DNA of 64,000 nucleotides from Felis catus (taxonomy: Eukaryota): the NCBI RefSeq assembly GCF_018350175.1, contig NC_058368.1, positions 66,652,001-66,716,000 of the forward strand, read 5' to 3'. Below, in pieces: positions 1 through 13,264 of the stretch (position 1 is its first letter; every line of letters starts with the position of its first letter). The position numbers and the translations under genes were made by a program. The notes under the pieces are model-generated. The model was given only the letters and a program-made list of their open reading frames with translations. It ran no database searches and had not been told where the DNA came from.

Positions 1-645
1 CCCTACTTAATAATCCGTTACTAAATGTTGGATTGTAGTTGTCGCTCCAAGAACAATTTCACAATGGACAGGTTAGGGTTGGGTCAACTCGGATGAAATG
101 AAGAGAACGGTTGGGCTAACAGTTTAGATGGGATATTGGCATGAGTTTAATTTACTGGAGGATGGTTCAATTTCACTGCTTTTTAGCTTGGTAACCATGT
201 GACTAGTTATAAATTGGATATCATTCAGCAGTTGCAATTGTACATATTTTTCCTTTTTTTTTTTTCTATAATGCCAAAAACCAACTGTCAGATAAATACA
301 AATCTCTCATCTTAGTCTATTTTTACAGGATAATGGCCTCATCACTGATTCCACCCTATTTTATACTTCTTTGCTAAAATTACAAGCTTATCCGGTGAAA
401 GATAGAAATGTATATATCTAAAAATCTTCAGACACCCTCACTTGAACTTTTTCTTAGCTGTCAGACTCTATACAATGTAATACTTTAAGGGACTCTAAGT
501 AAGGAAAAATTATAAACACGTGTCACATAATAATTGTTGAAATTATTTTAATACTGTCTATCATTTCTCTATAAAAAATATAGAAAATAAAAGATAACAC
601 TTGACATCAGGTACACCAATGAACACTATTAAGATTAGATTGTAA

Positions 646-788
646 GGGTGCCTGGCTGGCTCAGTCAGTAGAGTGCACAACTCTTGATCTCAGGGTTGTG
701 AGTTCTAGCCCCATGTTGCGTGTAGAGATTAAAAATAAAATCTTTTTTTTTTAATTTTTACTTTTTTAATAAAATCGTTTTAGAAAAA
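646..788 (+). mobile_element. Short tRNA-derived CanSINE
   Basis: tRNA-like head with A/B boxes and an A/T tail. TSD aagattagatt(g/c)ta at 631-644 and 789-802. Confidence 0.85.
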
Positions 789-2349
789 AAGATTAGATTC
801 TATTTAGGCCACAGTCTGTGGTTTGTATATCTAAAATATGCAGAACCCTAAACCTGTACTTTTATTTTCTATTATAATGCTTTATATATGGCAGAAATGT
901 ATTTCCTCCTCAGTGTTGACCCAAAATTCAAAACAGTAAAATGTGGTGGTGATGGGGTTTTTATTCCCTGAGGGTCTGGTTTGAAATTTCAAAGTGAACT
1001 TGAAAAAAATCGCATCCACTTGCTCAGCAAAAAGCTGTCTAGTTTGCTTGTGTATCACTTTGTTTCAATTCTGTGGAAACAGTTGTGGAGTTTCCAGGGT
1101 CTTTTACCTAACGGTAAAGTGGTCTGTGGGCAGAAAAAAATTAAACCGCAGAGGCAAAAAAAAAAAAAAAAAAAAAAAAAAAACCCTCCAAAGCTACATG
1201 ATATTTTTCACATTTTTTATCCAGTTCTGCCTGGTTATAAAATAACGTCAAAGCAAATTATCATAGTTTTTGAAGTGTGATGGAAGGCAATATGGCAGTC
1301 TGCCACTCCTGAACACACGGGCAGGTGACCTGGTGTCACGGGAACATTGACCAGGCCGGCCTGACGATTCTGGGTCTTGGTCTTTTTGGTGACTGTCAGC
1401 TGCATTGGGTGCAGGATTCCATGCATCTTTTCTCTCCAAGCCTCAGAAGATAAATGGAAGACTCGTTTCCGCCCTTGTGGCATCCTAAAGGACATGTCCT
1501 ATGAGGTTTGCTTTGTAATGTTTAATATCCTTTTACTTTTTCACTTGGTATGTCCAAGGATCAAATTAGGTAAAGTTATCGGTAGACCTTGTTCAAAGAA
1601 GTTGAGTACCATTGACATGAGTGTCTGTTTTCTCTTTTAATTCAATAATTGAGATGTCTGCCTATGTAACATGTAGGAAACTCAGAGGAGAAGTGTGTGC
1701 ACACTGTTTGTGTGTGTGTTTGCGTGTGTGTGTGAGAGAGATGAAGTTTATATATACACCAGTCTACATTTAGCAGACAAATACTTTCACTTGGAGAACA
1801 TTCTTTAACCATGTGGAGACGAAGCACTATTTTTCTTTGTAAATTAGCAAATTTAATGTAACTTGGTGATATTGTTTTTGTCGACACTTCACAGCTCTTT
1901 GCAACATGAATATGTGCCAAAGGCTCTTTTTAAATATAATTTTTGGATGAGCAGCACATTCACCTGGTCTGAAAATAATATAACTCGGTATAGAGTGAAA
2001 GGTCTTGTTTCTGTCCCCCTGCACACTATTCCCAGCCCTCCGTACATATCCCTTTTGTTTTCCTCCAGAAGTTTTGCATATGTTCTTTGTATTTGAAAAA
2101 TAACGTATCAGCACTTTGAAAATATACAAGGTGGAAAGAAATCTTAAATTGTGATAAAGTATTGGCTGGATCTTTGAATTTTCTCTGTTTACTTGACTAG
2201 CTCTCGTCTCTTAGCTCCTAAGTTAAAATTCTTTTTTAAAATAGTTAAAATCAAATACTTATCTATGTGAACTTAATCATTTTTCAAAGAGAAGTTACAT
2301 GAATACAGTTGGGGTTGTTTTATTCAGAAAGTTTTGAAGGGGAATTTCC

Positions 2350-2363
2350 TCACTAGGTGGCGC
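2350..2363 (+). promoter_or_regulatory. Candidate CTCF site
   Basis: tCACTAGGTGGCGC matches the CCASYAGRKGGCRS core at 13 of 14 positions and sits in a locally CpG-retaining block. Confidence 0.5.
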
Positions 2364-3233
2364 TCCTGTGCCTGGAGGTCCGGCAGGGAGTTGCCCCGCC
2401 CCGCTGTCTGCAGATGCACGGTTCACCAATTAGCACACAGTTACCAAGGAGACCTCCAAGTTCACGCGGAGGGAAAGGCCTCCATATTTTCTCTTCTCTA
2501 AAAAATGATTGCCCTGCTCGTATTTCTGCTCTGCGCAATATACGACCTTCCAATTGGAGTGAAATTGTTGTGGTTTCCTCTTTAGACTGAGAGGTATGTT
2601 ATGTTAGGTTTGTACTCAGGCAAGAAAAGGTCATTGCAAGTGTTACTTTGACCTGGGCAAAAACCCTGGGAAAATTCAACTTCCCAGTTGAACCAGAACT
2701 TTAGAGAAGTTCCCTGTAGCACATCAATGATCTGCAAGATGCCCTCACCCTTTCCCTGAAGACCTTAATGTCCATCCAATAACAAAAAGCTTTTAAACAT
2801 GCTTTGGTGGTATTATCTTCCTTAGGTGTTGACATGGCCTCTCTACTAAGAGGGGATCAAAGTGCTTTTTCCTGTCTGAGCCTCACACCCAGCATGAGGC
2901 CAAGTAAAACATTACAGATGTGCATAAAATAATAATCTAGAGATTTCCATTTATTGATCAACTCTGTCAGAAAGTCAAGAAGTCCATTAGGCAATAGGGG
3001 AAGAAAAAAAAATTTAAACCCAGATTGAAGAAAATTAAAAATATACTAGCTAACTTTTTATTTGATATATTGATCCTGCAACCATTAATTTTTTATGCAT
3101 TAATTCATACGTACTAATCGCCCACCTACTATGTGCCTTGCACTATCTTGGTTGTTGTAGATGCAAAGATAGATGAGACTATGTGTTTCAAACCCATTGG
3201 GATAATAAACTTCCAGTCTGAACTCTCTTTCTT

Positions 3234-3272
3234 TTCTTCGTTTTTCAAATTTTTTTAATGTTTATTTATTTT

Positions 3273-3317
<45 letters not shown>

Positions 3318-3481
3318 ATGATGGGGGAGGGGCAGAGAGAGAGAGGGAGACAGAATCTGAAGCAGGATCCAGGCCCTGAGCTGTCAGCACAGATCCCAAC
3401 ATGGGACTTGAACTCACAGACCATGAGATCGTGACTCGAGTGCAAGTCGGACACTTAACCAACTGAGCCACCCAGGCATCC
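3234..3481 (-). mobile_element. CanSINE (feliform type)
   Basis: tRNA head, (CT)n and tail. 16-bp TSD ctgaactctctttctt at 3218-3233 and 3482-3497. Confidence 0.93.
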
Positions 3482-5329
3482 CTGAACTCTCTTTCTTAAT
3501 CAAACCCCCTCATCCTCCCATTACTCCGATAACAGGTCCATGTCTTTTTGTTCACCACTCTCTTCCACTTTTTGATACAATGGGCATCAAAATTGTGCCC
3601 AAATGTACCTCTTTAAGTCACCTTCTAATTCAGATTACTTACTTAAGCCACATACTCTATTATATTTGTAATTTGTAAGCATTCATATGTCACCTTAACC
3701 TAGGAGCAACCTCGAGTCATGTGAGCGTCAGTTCACCTGCTCAGAATGATTTCAAGCTTTTGAAAACAATATCTTGCACACATAGGGTGACCTCAGTTCT
3801 CATTGACTGAAATATTGCTTTTAACGATTATATTAGGGAAAACAAAAGCCTGTTACAGAAGACCCTTTGGGAACGATGGGATGATCAGGCTAGAGGACAT
3901 CAGCTAATCTTTGGGGGCTTCTTCGAATGACAGCTCATCAGTAGGGAATAGGTAACATGGGAAACCACTAGCTGGTGCCCGGGGTCATGCCATCAATCGT
4001 GATGATCAATTGTGCCCCTGGCTTCTAATAATGCCAATGCACAAGTGGCCCAGATTCACCGTTTCCCAGTGGAAAAAAAAATTAACAAGAAGGGGCAAAA
4101 AAGATAGGAAAAGAAAAAAGAAAACGCATCATTGACTATCTGATGTTGCTTTACTTATGAAGCTTCCCCCCCCCCCCCTAAAGTGGGAGGAAAGTAGGGG
4201 AAGACATGAAGAGGCATCCTCTACTCAAGTGACGCTAAGGAAGATTTTCACTCTTGCGATGATGGCATGTGAGATTATAAGTGCCCGATCTCAGAACTCC
4301 AGGGGACGAGGAGAGCACTGAACTCCTGTAGGAACACAGTGAATTGAGACGAAGCAGAAGAGGGAAAGGTCCTTGAGGTGAAATGCACTCGAGGCTAGCA
4401 GAGAGCAGGAAAGACACTACCTGGTTGTCTTTTTTAAACCACGAAAGTCTTTTCAGGACAAGGTGCCTATATTCTAATCAGAACTCAAATGCAGAAGAGA
4501 ATCAGGAGAATCACCTGATACTTCTCCACCCAGGTATTCTGTGCTTACTCCTGTGTGAGTCTAGCATCAAAGCAAACAAGGGCAGAGCTACACATTTCTG
4601 AACACTTAGATGCAGATTAGAACTTAGACGCTAACACCAGTGTGCCTGCTTTCCCTTCAGTCTCTCTCAACGGCTGTGCATAAGGACTTTTCCTTCATCG
4701 TATTCCTTAGTCCTTATGGGTACTGAGAAGTACAGGATTTCCCCACACATGCTTTTCCCCAGCAATTCTCCTTCTTTAATTAGATCTCTTTGGGATTGGG
4801 TGAATTTAACTGAGTACCTGTTCATACCAAATGAACTCCCTTTATAATCTGTCATGCCAATCACCCATATGGGTTGTCCCAAATAAAAAGGACCACAATG
4901 GACACACCACACCAGTTATTCCCTTTGGCCATCAAACTCCAAACATCTTATAACCAAATCATATCGTAATTGGTATTTACTGGGGATGGCAGGCAATGAA
5001 TGGTGGTGGTGATTATAGTGAGAAGGAGATATAAACATGTATCTGGAGAAGTTCCTGATCTTAAGACACATAGAGTCCAAGTAGTCAGAAAACACAAACA
5101 CTTCAAAAATCAAGTAATGACTCCGAATGGGCTTGATACTGGACATTGTCCTAGGAGGAGGACACAGTTGCCCCACAAGAGACAGAAGGATTTGACGTGG
5201 GCCTCCAAGAATGAACAGAAATCCCAGTTTAGAGGCCTGGAAAAACCATTCCAGGTGGATGAAAGGTGTCACTAGACAGGTTTTAGCGCAGTCTACGAAA
5301 ACTGTGGGGAAATAGTGGGCAATAAACTG

Positions 5330-5845
5330 GAAATGTGGATTGAGGCCAGATAGTGGAAGGAAACTAAGGCGCTTGGACTTTATCCTGGTGGTAATGAAGA
5401 GATAATGAAGATTTTTAATTAAGGGTTTGGCATGATTAAATGGTGTTTTAGGGAGATTACCGTGGCAGCAGTGAATTGGAGGGGAGAAACAAGTAAGCGA
5501 TTAGTTAGGAGACTATTATAATCATCCAGGCTTGAAGCGGCGGGGGTCTGGGGGCAATGGGAATTGAAAGGAGAGGTGGAATGTGAGAGATAGTGCAAGG
5601 GAATGCCCAGCAAGCCTTGGAGACTCACAGATATTCGGGACAAAGGCAAGGAACGTGGCAGTGAGCGTAGGTACCAGAGACAGTGAGGGGAATCAGGGAG
5701 GTGAGTCATTTGGGAGCAAAGGGGGAGATTGGAGCATGGAGTTAGCTGGGCTCTGGGGTAACTACAAAGCATCCAAGTTCAGATGTCCAGCAGTTAGGTG
5801 GAAATGCAAGATGGAGACTCTAGAGAGCAGCCAGGCTAGGGACCT
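5330..5845 (-). mobile_element. L2 LINE fragment
   Basis: Resembles L2 antisense sequence (ttggactttatcctg...gagattac...gactattataatcatccagg). Confidence 0.6.
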
Positions 5846-6830
5846 AGACCTCTCTCTTTTATAAGTCAATCTAACTTCTTTCCCGCGAAAGAACTGAAAC
5901 ACAATGACTAAGAATGTGCGTATTTTAGGATGGGTCCTACAACATATCAACAGGAAGGAAGAATCCAGGTCATTCTTTGAATATTTTAAACTTCTGGAAA
6001 AAGTACTTTTTTAATAAATCAGCCAAATATTTCAAATGAATATTTTTTAAAGCTAAATTTCCCAGATAACATTCCCAAATGTTCAAATTTCTTCCTTCGG
6101 GGAGGCTCAGCCTTAGTGTCTAATAAAGTTCAATTACAGAATAATTTCCATGTTGAATGTGGTGGTGATTGCACTATCTACGTGGAGCTTTGTGACTGCG
6201 ACGGGACTCCAGATGAATGGTGCAAGAGCCTTCCTAATCCTCGTAGGCCCTTTGCCTAATTCTCTCATGCAAATTAGAGGGAAGAGAGGTTTCCAGATTT
6301 CATTTATCAGGAAAGTGCATCCTTCTAGCAAAAGGAATCAGCAAGAAGAGGCACACGCATCTTTAATGTGTGCTGCTTAGCCGATGGCATGCGGCCACTT
6401 GGATTTCCACCAGACTAAATGCCAGCTGACCCTTTCCTTCAAACAGCAGAATATTATGAATCGAAATGTGAACATGGTGGAAACAAAACAGCCTTGGACT
6501 TCGCCGTTGGGTGTGTGGACTCAGCTGCCAAAGTCTTCCCCACATGACTTGGATGTTAGTGATTATCGTTTGAGTTTTGCGATGAAATTCAAGAGACCAA
6601 GGAAGTCAGTCAAATCGGCCATTATCTGAAAATCACGGGAAAGACCTTTTTTTTTTTCTTTTTTTAACCTGCAAATCAAGTACTGGAAAACAATTGGCTT
6701 CCAAATCTAGAACAATCATCATAACTCACAAATGCATGTCAGTAGTCCTTGCCCTTCCATGAGACTTCCGGGGGGATCTGAAGGCTCTGTTGTCATCTGT
6801 GAATTTAGGAGCTCCGCGGTGTTTTACATG

Positions 6831-6871
6831 TGTGTGGGTGTGGGTGTGGGTGTGGGTGTGGGTGTGGGGGG
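6831..6871 (+). repeat. (GGGTGT)n hexamer microsatellite
   Basis: Six G-runs separated by TGT. Confidence 0.9.
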
Positions 6872-7659
6872 TATCTCGTCTGTCAGGGCTGTCATAACTA
6901 CCATGTCTGGTTGTCACCTGGCCACAAAGAGCTTAAAATCCCATCTCCTGTTGTTGATTCCATCAGCAGAGCTTACGCCTGCCCTTGTCCAGAGGTAAGC
7001 TCCACTACTCCAGGAGAAGTGGCCAGCACCTCGAGCCATTTCTAGATGGACTCGGGAGTATTCCTCTCCTACAAGACAAGAGCTTTTAACTGAAGCCTGA
7101 GCTCAACTGCCCAAGAGCCCTAGGAACTCTGGAAGGGAATGTTGAGATCTCTGGGGCATTAACATCTCCCACCCTCCAAGCCCTTCTTACTGGAGAAGCA
7201 TCTGAATTTAGCAAACATTTAAATTCCTCAAACTTATGTGTTAAATCCAAGCAATTAACGCAGAACCCCATATGGAAATTCTGCTTTATTAATGATCAAA
7301 CTTCTTTGTTCGTAGATACAAAATATTAAGTAATCAAAAGTTTACCACACAACCCAGCCAGACTGGGTCGGGTTAGGAAGGAACTCCTTCCTCCTCCACC
7401 CCTTGTAAGATAAGAATCTTTTTTTGAATGCAAGGAGAAGGGATTAAATAACTTTTAAGGGTCCTCCCAACTCTGAGATCCTATGAGTGTTGGTTAAGAT
7501 GAATATACTTGCACACTGTGCACATTTCCATAGGTCTGAACTGTCTGAACTCCAGGGAAACACTGCCTCTGACCTCCCAAGCAATGGTCTCAGCCCTTGA
7601 TTTTGGGAAGTCCTTATCAGTAAATGTCTGCTAGATGCTCCAAACCTCAATAAATAGGG

Positions 7660-7663
<4 letters not shown>

Positions 7664-7707
<44 letters not shown>
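7664..7707. repeat. (CA)n microsatellite
   Basis: Read directly from the sequence. Confidence 0.95.
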
Positions 7708-7711
<4 letters not shown>

Positions 7712-7717
7712 AGTTAA

Positions 7718-7964
7718 TTTATTTTTTAAATTTTATTTTATTTTATTTTATTTTATTTTATTTTATTTTTGAGAGAGAGAGGGAGAGTGTGCACGTGCCC
7801 ATGCATGCACACGAACGGTGAAGGAGCAGAGAGAGAGGGGACAGAGGATCCGAAGTGGGCTCCACAGACAGCAGAAACAGCAATGTGGGGCTCAAACTCA
7901 CGAACTTCGAGATCATGACCTGAGCCAAAGTCAAAGTTGGACACTGAACCCGACTGAGCCACCC
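7718..7964 (-). mobile_element. CanSINE with (TTTTA)n tail
   Basis: SINE body with a diverged head. Confidence 0.85.
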
Positions 7965-8909
7965 ATACACACACTTGATTTAATCCCTAATTTTCTGATA
8001 TACCTAAGATTCAGTTTTTTCCATATTTAAATAATAACTTAAATTCTGATATCAAAATACATACATCTGTGTATGCTTTAGCGTGCTAATTAATAATCAT
8101 TTCTAAGCAACATATAAGAAGACATTATATAAAGAAATTTAATCTTGATTTATTCAAGGTAACCAAGGTTGACAATTTGGTCTTAGCTCTCCTTAGCAAA
8201 GAAAGACAAAGGTCAAAAAGTAATCTTTTTTCAGTCATTCTTAGTTGAAAATAAATTCTGAATTTCTCTAGTATTAATATGTTGCCCTTTTTTATGTGTC
8301 AGAAATAGAAATGGTAGAAGGCTAGAATGTGATCTTGATATATGACTTTACTGCTCTTTGTACTAACTGCTGAATTATTATCATTTCACAGAAATTACAT
8401 CTGAAAGGGAGGAATGTGTTTTTAAATCACATGATTCCAAAGGAATAACCTTTGCGAAAGTGATTAGTAATTTCTCCAAGCGATGAGCTTGAAAATACTC
8501 AGGTTCAAGGATCTATATAACCCTTTCGTTCTCCTTCTGCTGTAGTCATACACGGAACAAGAAACACGGGGAGAGTGTCTACAATACGTGGAAGGTATTC
8601 ATTCTACTTTATTAGGTATCAGGGGAAAGAAAAAAACCAAATAACCCACCAGTCACTGTGGGGGGAGGGCAGTGGAGGGAGGGGTGGGCTGAAGATACTG
8701 TTAAACGCTTGAATTAACAACAAGTTCATTCCCTGGCGGTGCCTCTATACATTAATTGCACGAGAAGGCCACTCCCCAGGCAAATTTAACTTCAGGTAGT
8801 GACTTAGGCCCTGGGAAGAATAGAACACAATATTTCATCAAATACAGCAAAAACAAATGACCTCAGACTCAGGAACCTGGAGACCACGCTGTAAAAGTGT
8901 GAACTGCTT

Positions 8910-9131
8910 GGGGTGCTTGGGTGGCTCAGTCGGTTAAGCGTCCGACTTCGGCTCAGGTCATGATCTCACGGTTCGTGGGTTTGAGCCCCGCGTTGGGCTC
9001 TGTGCTGACAGCTCAGAGCCTGGAGCTTGTTTCAGATTCTGTGTCTCCCTCTCTCTCTGCCCCTCCCCTGTTCATGCTCTGTCTCTCTCCGTCTCAAAAA
9101 TAAATAAAAAACATTAAAAATTTTTTTTAAA
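8910..9131 (+). mobile_element. CanSINE (feliform type)
   Basis: Full-length element. TSD aaaagtgtgaactgctt begins at 8893 and 9132. Confidence 0.95.
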
Positions 9132-9654
9132 AAAAGTGTGAACTGCTTGCAGGAGAAGGGAATCCCTTTCCCGACAGGACAGGGAGGGCACAGCGGGGAG
9201 TGACAGGTAACTTCGGAGCCCATTCACAGTCACCTCACGAGGGGCCTTCATTAATTTGGAAATACCAAATTGGCAGCCTCCGGGTGCACCCCGCTTACTC
9301 CTAAAAGCGACCACACCGCTGCTGCGAAGTGGACTCTCTTTTGCTTTGTGTTGGGTTTGAGTGAAGAGAGGGTGACTTTCAGGTCTGCTCAGGGGCCCTG
9401 GGAAGACTTTAGGAGCAAGTTGGTCAAAGTCAGCTGCAGGCTTGACTTGAAGACCCAGTGATGGGTTCTGGAAATCCGCTCACATTTCACCTTCTAGTAT
9501 TTAAGAATGGACCCATGAGGTTGTTCTATCTCCTTGCATCCCTGGAGGTGTCGCCCTTGGATACAAGACAGAGTAGCCGCCCTGCGTCCTCTTGCCTTTC
9601 TGGTCTCTAGTCAATCACCAGCAGGTGTGTGCCTGGTGGGTGGAGAAAGGTAGG

Positions 9655-9792
9655 GTGCTATGATGGTTAAGGTCACAGACTCTGAAGACTGACTGCCTGG
9701 GTTCAAACCTTGACTCTACGCTATCCCTGTGTTACCTTGGCCTAGAGACTTAACTCTCTGTGCCTCAGTTTTCCCATCTGTAAAACAGGGAT
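9655..9792 (+). mobile_element. MIR
   Basis: Contains the MIR core ctgcctgggttcaaa...ctctctgtgcctcagttttcccatctgtaaaa. Confidence 0.85.
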
Positions 9793-9799
9793 TCACCCA

Positions 9800-10975
9800 G
9801 CCATTCACTATTATAAATGTTTATTGAATCCTCTAGTGCAGAGGTGAACAAGACCGTGTCTGCTCTCATGGAGTCTCTATTGTAGTAAGAGGAAAGGCAA
9901 TAAACAGATAAATTAGGATGTAACAGAGAGTAGTAAGTGCAATGAGGAGAATCGAAATAGGTTTAGGAAAAAAAACAAAATAGGTTTATGTGGTAGAGTG
10001 ACAGGATGGCTGCTTAGCACAGCCTCTCTGAAGAGGTGACCAGAATGGCAGGGAGTCGCCATGAAGAGATCACGGGGAAGGGGTTTCCAGGCAGAGGGAA
10101 CAGCAATACAAATCCTAAGCCAGAATGAGCTTGGTGTGTTCAAGTCAAAGAAAGGCCAATGTGGCTGGAGGGTTGCAGATAAGCAGGAGATGGGATGAAA
10201 TCAGGCCAGGGTATTTTATTCTAAATATAAGGGAAGCCACCAGAAGGTTTCCAGCAGAGGAACAGGGGAACGACATGACCTGAGCTCCCCTGACTGTGTG
10301 GTATAGAGCGTGGATGGCAGCAGGGAGACCAGCTCCAAGGCCACAGCAGTGAGCCAGGAACGAGGAGAGTGGTGCTGGGGAGACATGGAGAGAGGCTGGA
10401 TATGTTTGGCAAGAAGAGGCAACAGAAGCTGTTAGTGGAGTTGGATCTAGGGATTAAAAGGACGGCTCCTCAGATTTGGGCTTGAGCAGTCAGGTACCGT
10501 AGACGGAGGTCTCATCTACTGCCCTGGGAAGGACTGTAGGGAAGAGCAGGTCGAGGTGGGGGAGGATCGCAGGTTCTGTTTTGGACACGATGCTTAAGAT
10601 GCATATTAGATGCGCAAGGAAAGAGAAAGGTCAGGCAGAGCGGTGGAAGAACGAGTCTGAGTTCTGGGGAAACATCCGTGCTGGCGATTTGAGGGCCGCC
10701 GGATGTATGTGGCATTTCAAGCCATGGCACTGGGCGAGAGACGAGCTGGACAGGGAAGGCAGAGAGGGAGGGAGGAAACCTTCTGGGTGTGGTGTCATGA
10801 CAGCCAAGAGAGGAGTTTCAAGGAGGAGGGAGCAATCGACTGTGTAAGATGCTGCAGAGGATTGGGTAATACTGTGACTGAGAACTGTCCATGGATTGGG
10901 TTTGCCAAGTTGTGGGTAATCCCTAGAGTAGCTAGCATCTGTGGACGGGTGAGGACAAAGCTTGTTTGGGATGGG
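9800..10975 (-). mobile_element. L2 LINE fragment
   Basis: Starts with the reverse complement of the L2 3' tail (cattcac...tttattga), then the purine-rich L2 antisense body. Confidence 0.8.
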
Positions 10976-11081
10976 CTCAGGCAGGGGCAGATCAAGTTTA
11001 ATGATAACCAGGTCTGTGCCTGGTGGGTGGAGAAAGGCAGAAGGTTGTAGTGGTTAAGATCGTGGACTCAGAAGGTTGACT

Positions 11082-11219
11082 TTAGGACCTGAAGGCTCTA
11101 CAGCCTGGGGCTCTCTCAAAGAAAAATAATACAGAATTAATAAAAATGAGGTGTAAATGTATAAATCTCTTTAGAATGAGAAATTACAAAATAAGTTACA
11201 CATTTTAAAAGTCTGACAA
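11082..11219. mobile_element. Possible hAT-Tip100-class DNA transposon relic
   Basis: ggacctgaag...ctctctcaaagaaaaataatacagaatt...ttagaatgagaaa...aaaagtctgacaa resembles a remembered consensus. The family is uncertain. Confidence 0.3.
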
Positions 11220-11523
11220 GGGGCGCCTGGCTAGCTCAGTTGGTAAAGCATGTGATTCTAGATTTCAGGGTCGTGAGTTCAAGTCCTATGTTGGGCATAG
11301 AGATTACTTAAAACACACACACGCGCGCGCGCGCATGAATAAAAAATAAACAAATAATGGGGCGCCTGGGTGGCTCAGTTGGTTGAGCATCCAACTTCAG
11401 CTCAAGTCATGATCTCATAGTCCATGAGTTTGTACCCCACGTCAGGCTCTGAGCTGTCAGCACTCGGAACCTACTTCGGATTCTGTGTTTCCATCTCTCT
11501 CTGCCCCTCCCCTGCTAATGCTT

Positions 11524-11569
<46 letters not shown>

Positions 11570-11604
11570 AATAAATAAACATTTTTAAAAATTTAAAATA
11601 AATG
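11220..11604 (+). mobile_element. Short CanSINE (11220-~11358) with a second CanSINE (11359-~11600) inserted in its tail
   Basis: Two tRNA heads. Outer TSD aaagtctgacaa at 11208-11219 and 11605-11616. Confidence 0.9.
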
Positions 11605-11672
11605 AAAGTCTGACAAATAACAATATTTTTCTTCATTTACTGCCAGAAGCACCTGTATAATATTTTCCTTCT

Positions 11673-11856
11673 TGGGGTACCTGGGTGGCTCAGTCAATTA
11701 ATTAGCCAACTCTTGGTTTTCTGCTTGGTCCATGGTCTCATGGATTGTGGGCTTGAGCCCTGGGTCAGCGCAGAGCCTGTTTGGGATTTGCTGTCTCCCT
11801 CTCTCTGCCCCCCCCACCCCCCTCTCTCTCTCTCAAAAAATAAATAATTAACCATT
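11673..11856 (+). mobile_element. Older CanSINE
   Basis: TSD tataatattttccttct at 11656-11672 and 11857-11873. Confidence 0.85.
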
Positions 11857-12230
11857 TATAATATTTTCCTTCTCTTTTGTCTAGATACCCTTCTTTATAT
11901 GACAAGGAGTTTTTCATAGGTGATAATATATACACGCCCATATATGGGTACATGTGTGCATGTATTACATATATCTATATCTATATTTATATACCATCTC
12001 TCCACTTACCTTCTGGATACTATAAATATATTTTTTATACATGGCTCACTGCAATCACTGGTGAGATTTTGAGCACTACTTTTAATAAGAGTATAGAAAA
12101 CCTAACTATTTATTCTCCACTGTCACCTGGGGGCTCAGCTAGAGAGGTGGAACCAGATAGTTTCAACCAAAGTCTGTGAAATATGCTGAAGACAAAAGAT
12201 AGGAAAAGTCCTTTTTAGTAACCTATTACA

Positions 12231-12434
12231 CAAGGGTTTCTCAATTTTGCATGTTGACATTTGGAGCCAGAAAGTTTGCTATTGGAAGCTGTCTTGGGCA
12301 CTGTAGGATGTTCAGCAGTGTCCCTGTCCTCTACCTACTAGATGCCAGTAGACAACCAAAAATGTCTCGAGACATTGCCAGATGCTCCCGGGGGGGGGGG
12401 GGGGGGGGCACAGTTGTCCCGGTGAAAGCCATTG
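12231..12434. mobile_element. MER20 (hAT-Charlie) DNA transposon
   Basis: Matches the MER20 consensus (tgtaggatgttcagcag...ctctacctactagatgccagtag...acaaccaaaaatgtctc.agacattgcca). The internal G-run is expanded to G19. Confidence 0.85.
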
Positions 12435-12918
12435 TGTCACATTAAGTGTATGTGGTCTTTGGTTGATCTATGCAGGCTGTGAATTTGTGGCTCAGGATTT
12501 TTAGGTATCTTTTCCAGTCTTGCTCTTGGATAGAGGCTTGACTTTTATTTCTACAAGAAGCGACGTGGGGTTGAAATGTCCCAGCACCTCTTTGCTCTCC
12601 TGGCACGGTGGTTCTGACTTAGAACCTCTCTCTGTTGCCAGAGCTTGTGGCAAGCTGATAAACTCTGAACTCTCAGAAGACGGACCCTGGGGGGTGAGGG
12701 GATGAAGTATATCCACAGAAGCTTGAAGAATGAGGAGGGGTTGAGTATGAGAGCCCTCAACCAATGGATCATTAGGACTAAGGCACAACTTGTAAAAGTT
12801 GAACTGATCCTTTGTTTTTTGTTTTGTTTTATTTTGTTTTTTTAATGACTACAGCAAGCATTCTATTAGGCAGATTTGTACATTGAACAAACTTGTTACA
12901 CTAAGAGGTGGTGCAAGC

Positions 12919-13128
12919 TGGGCACCTGGGTGGCTCAGTCAGTTAAGCGCCTGACGTGGGCTCAAGTCATGATCTCCCGGTCTGTGAGTTCGAGCCTGGC
13001 ATCAGGCTCGGTGCTGACAGCTCAGAGCCTGGAACCTGCTTCAGATTCTGTGTCTCCCTCTCTCTCTCTGCCCCTCCCCCACTTGCACTCTGTCTCTCTC
13101 AAAAATAAATAAACATTTAAAAAAATTT
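12919..13128 (+). mobile_element. CanSINE
   Basis: Full-length head, (CT)n and tail. Confidence 0.92.
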
Positions 13129-13264
13129 AACAAGTGGTCCAAGTTGAGAACATAAATTAATTTTAATCATTGTTTAACAAGTATATGACTAATATTAAGA
13201 CAAACAGGATGCTAGGAATATTTGGAGGGAGTATCTTTAAACTTCCTGACTTAAAAGAGACAAG

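Noticed and set aside
646..725. tRNA-like sequence (also at 11220-11300)
   Set aside because: These are SINE heads with A-rich tails and TSDs, not tRNA genes.
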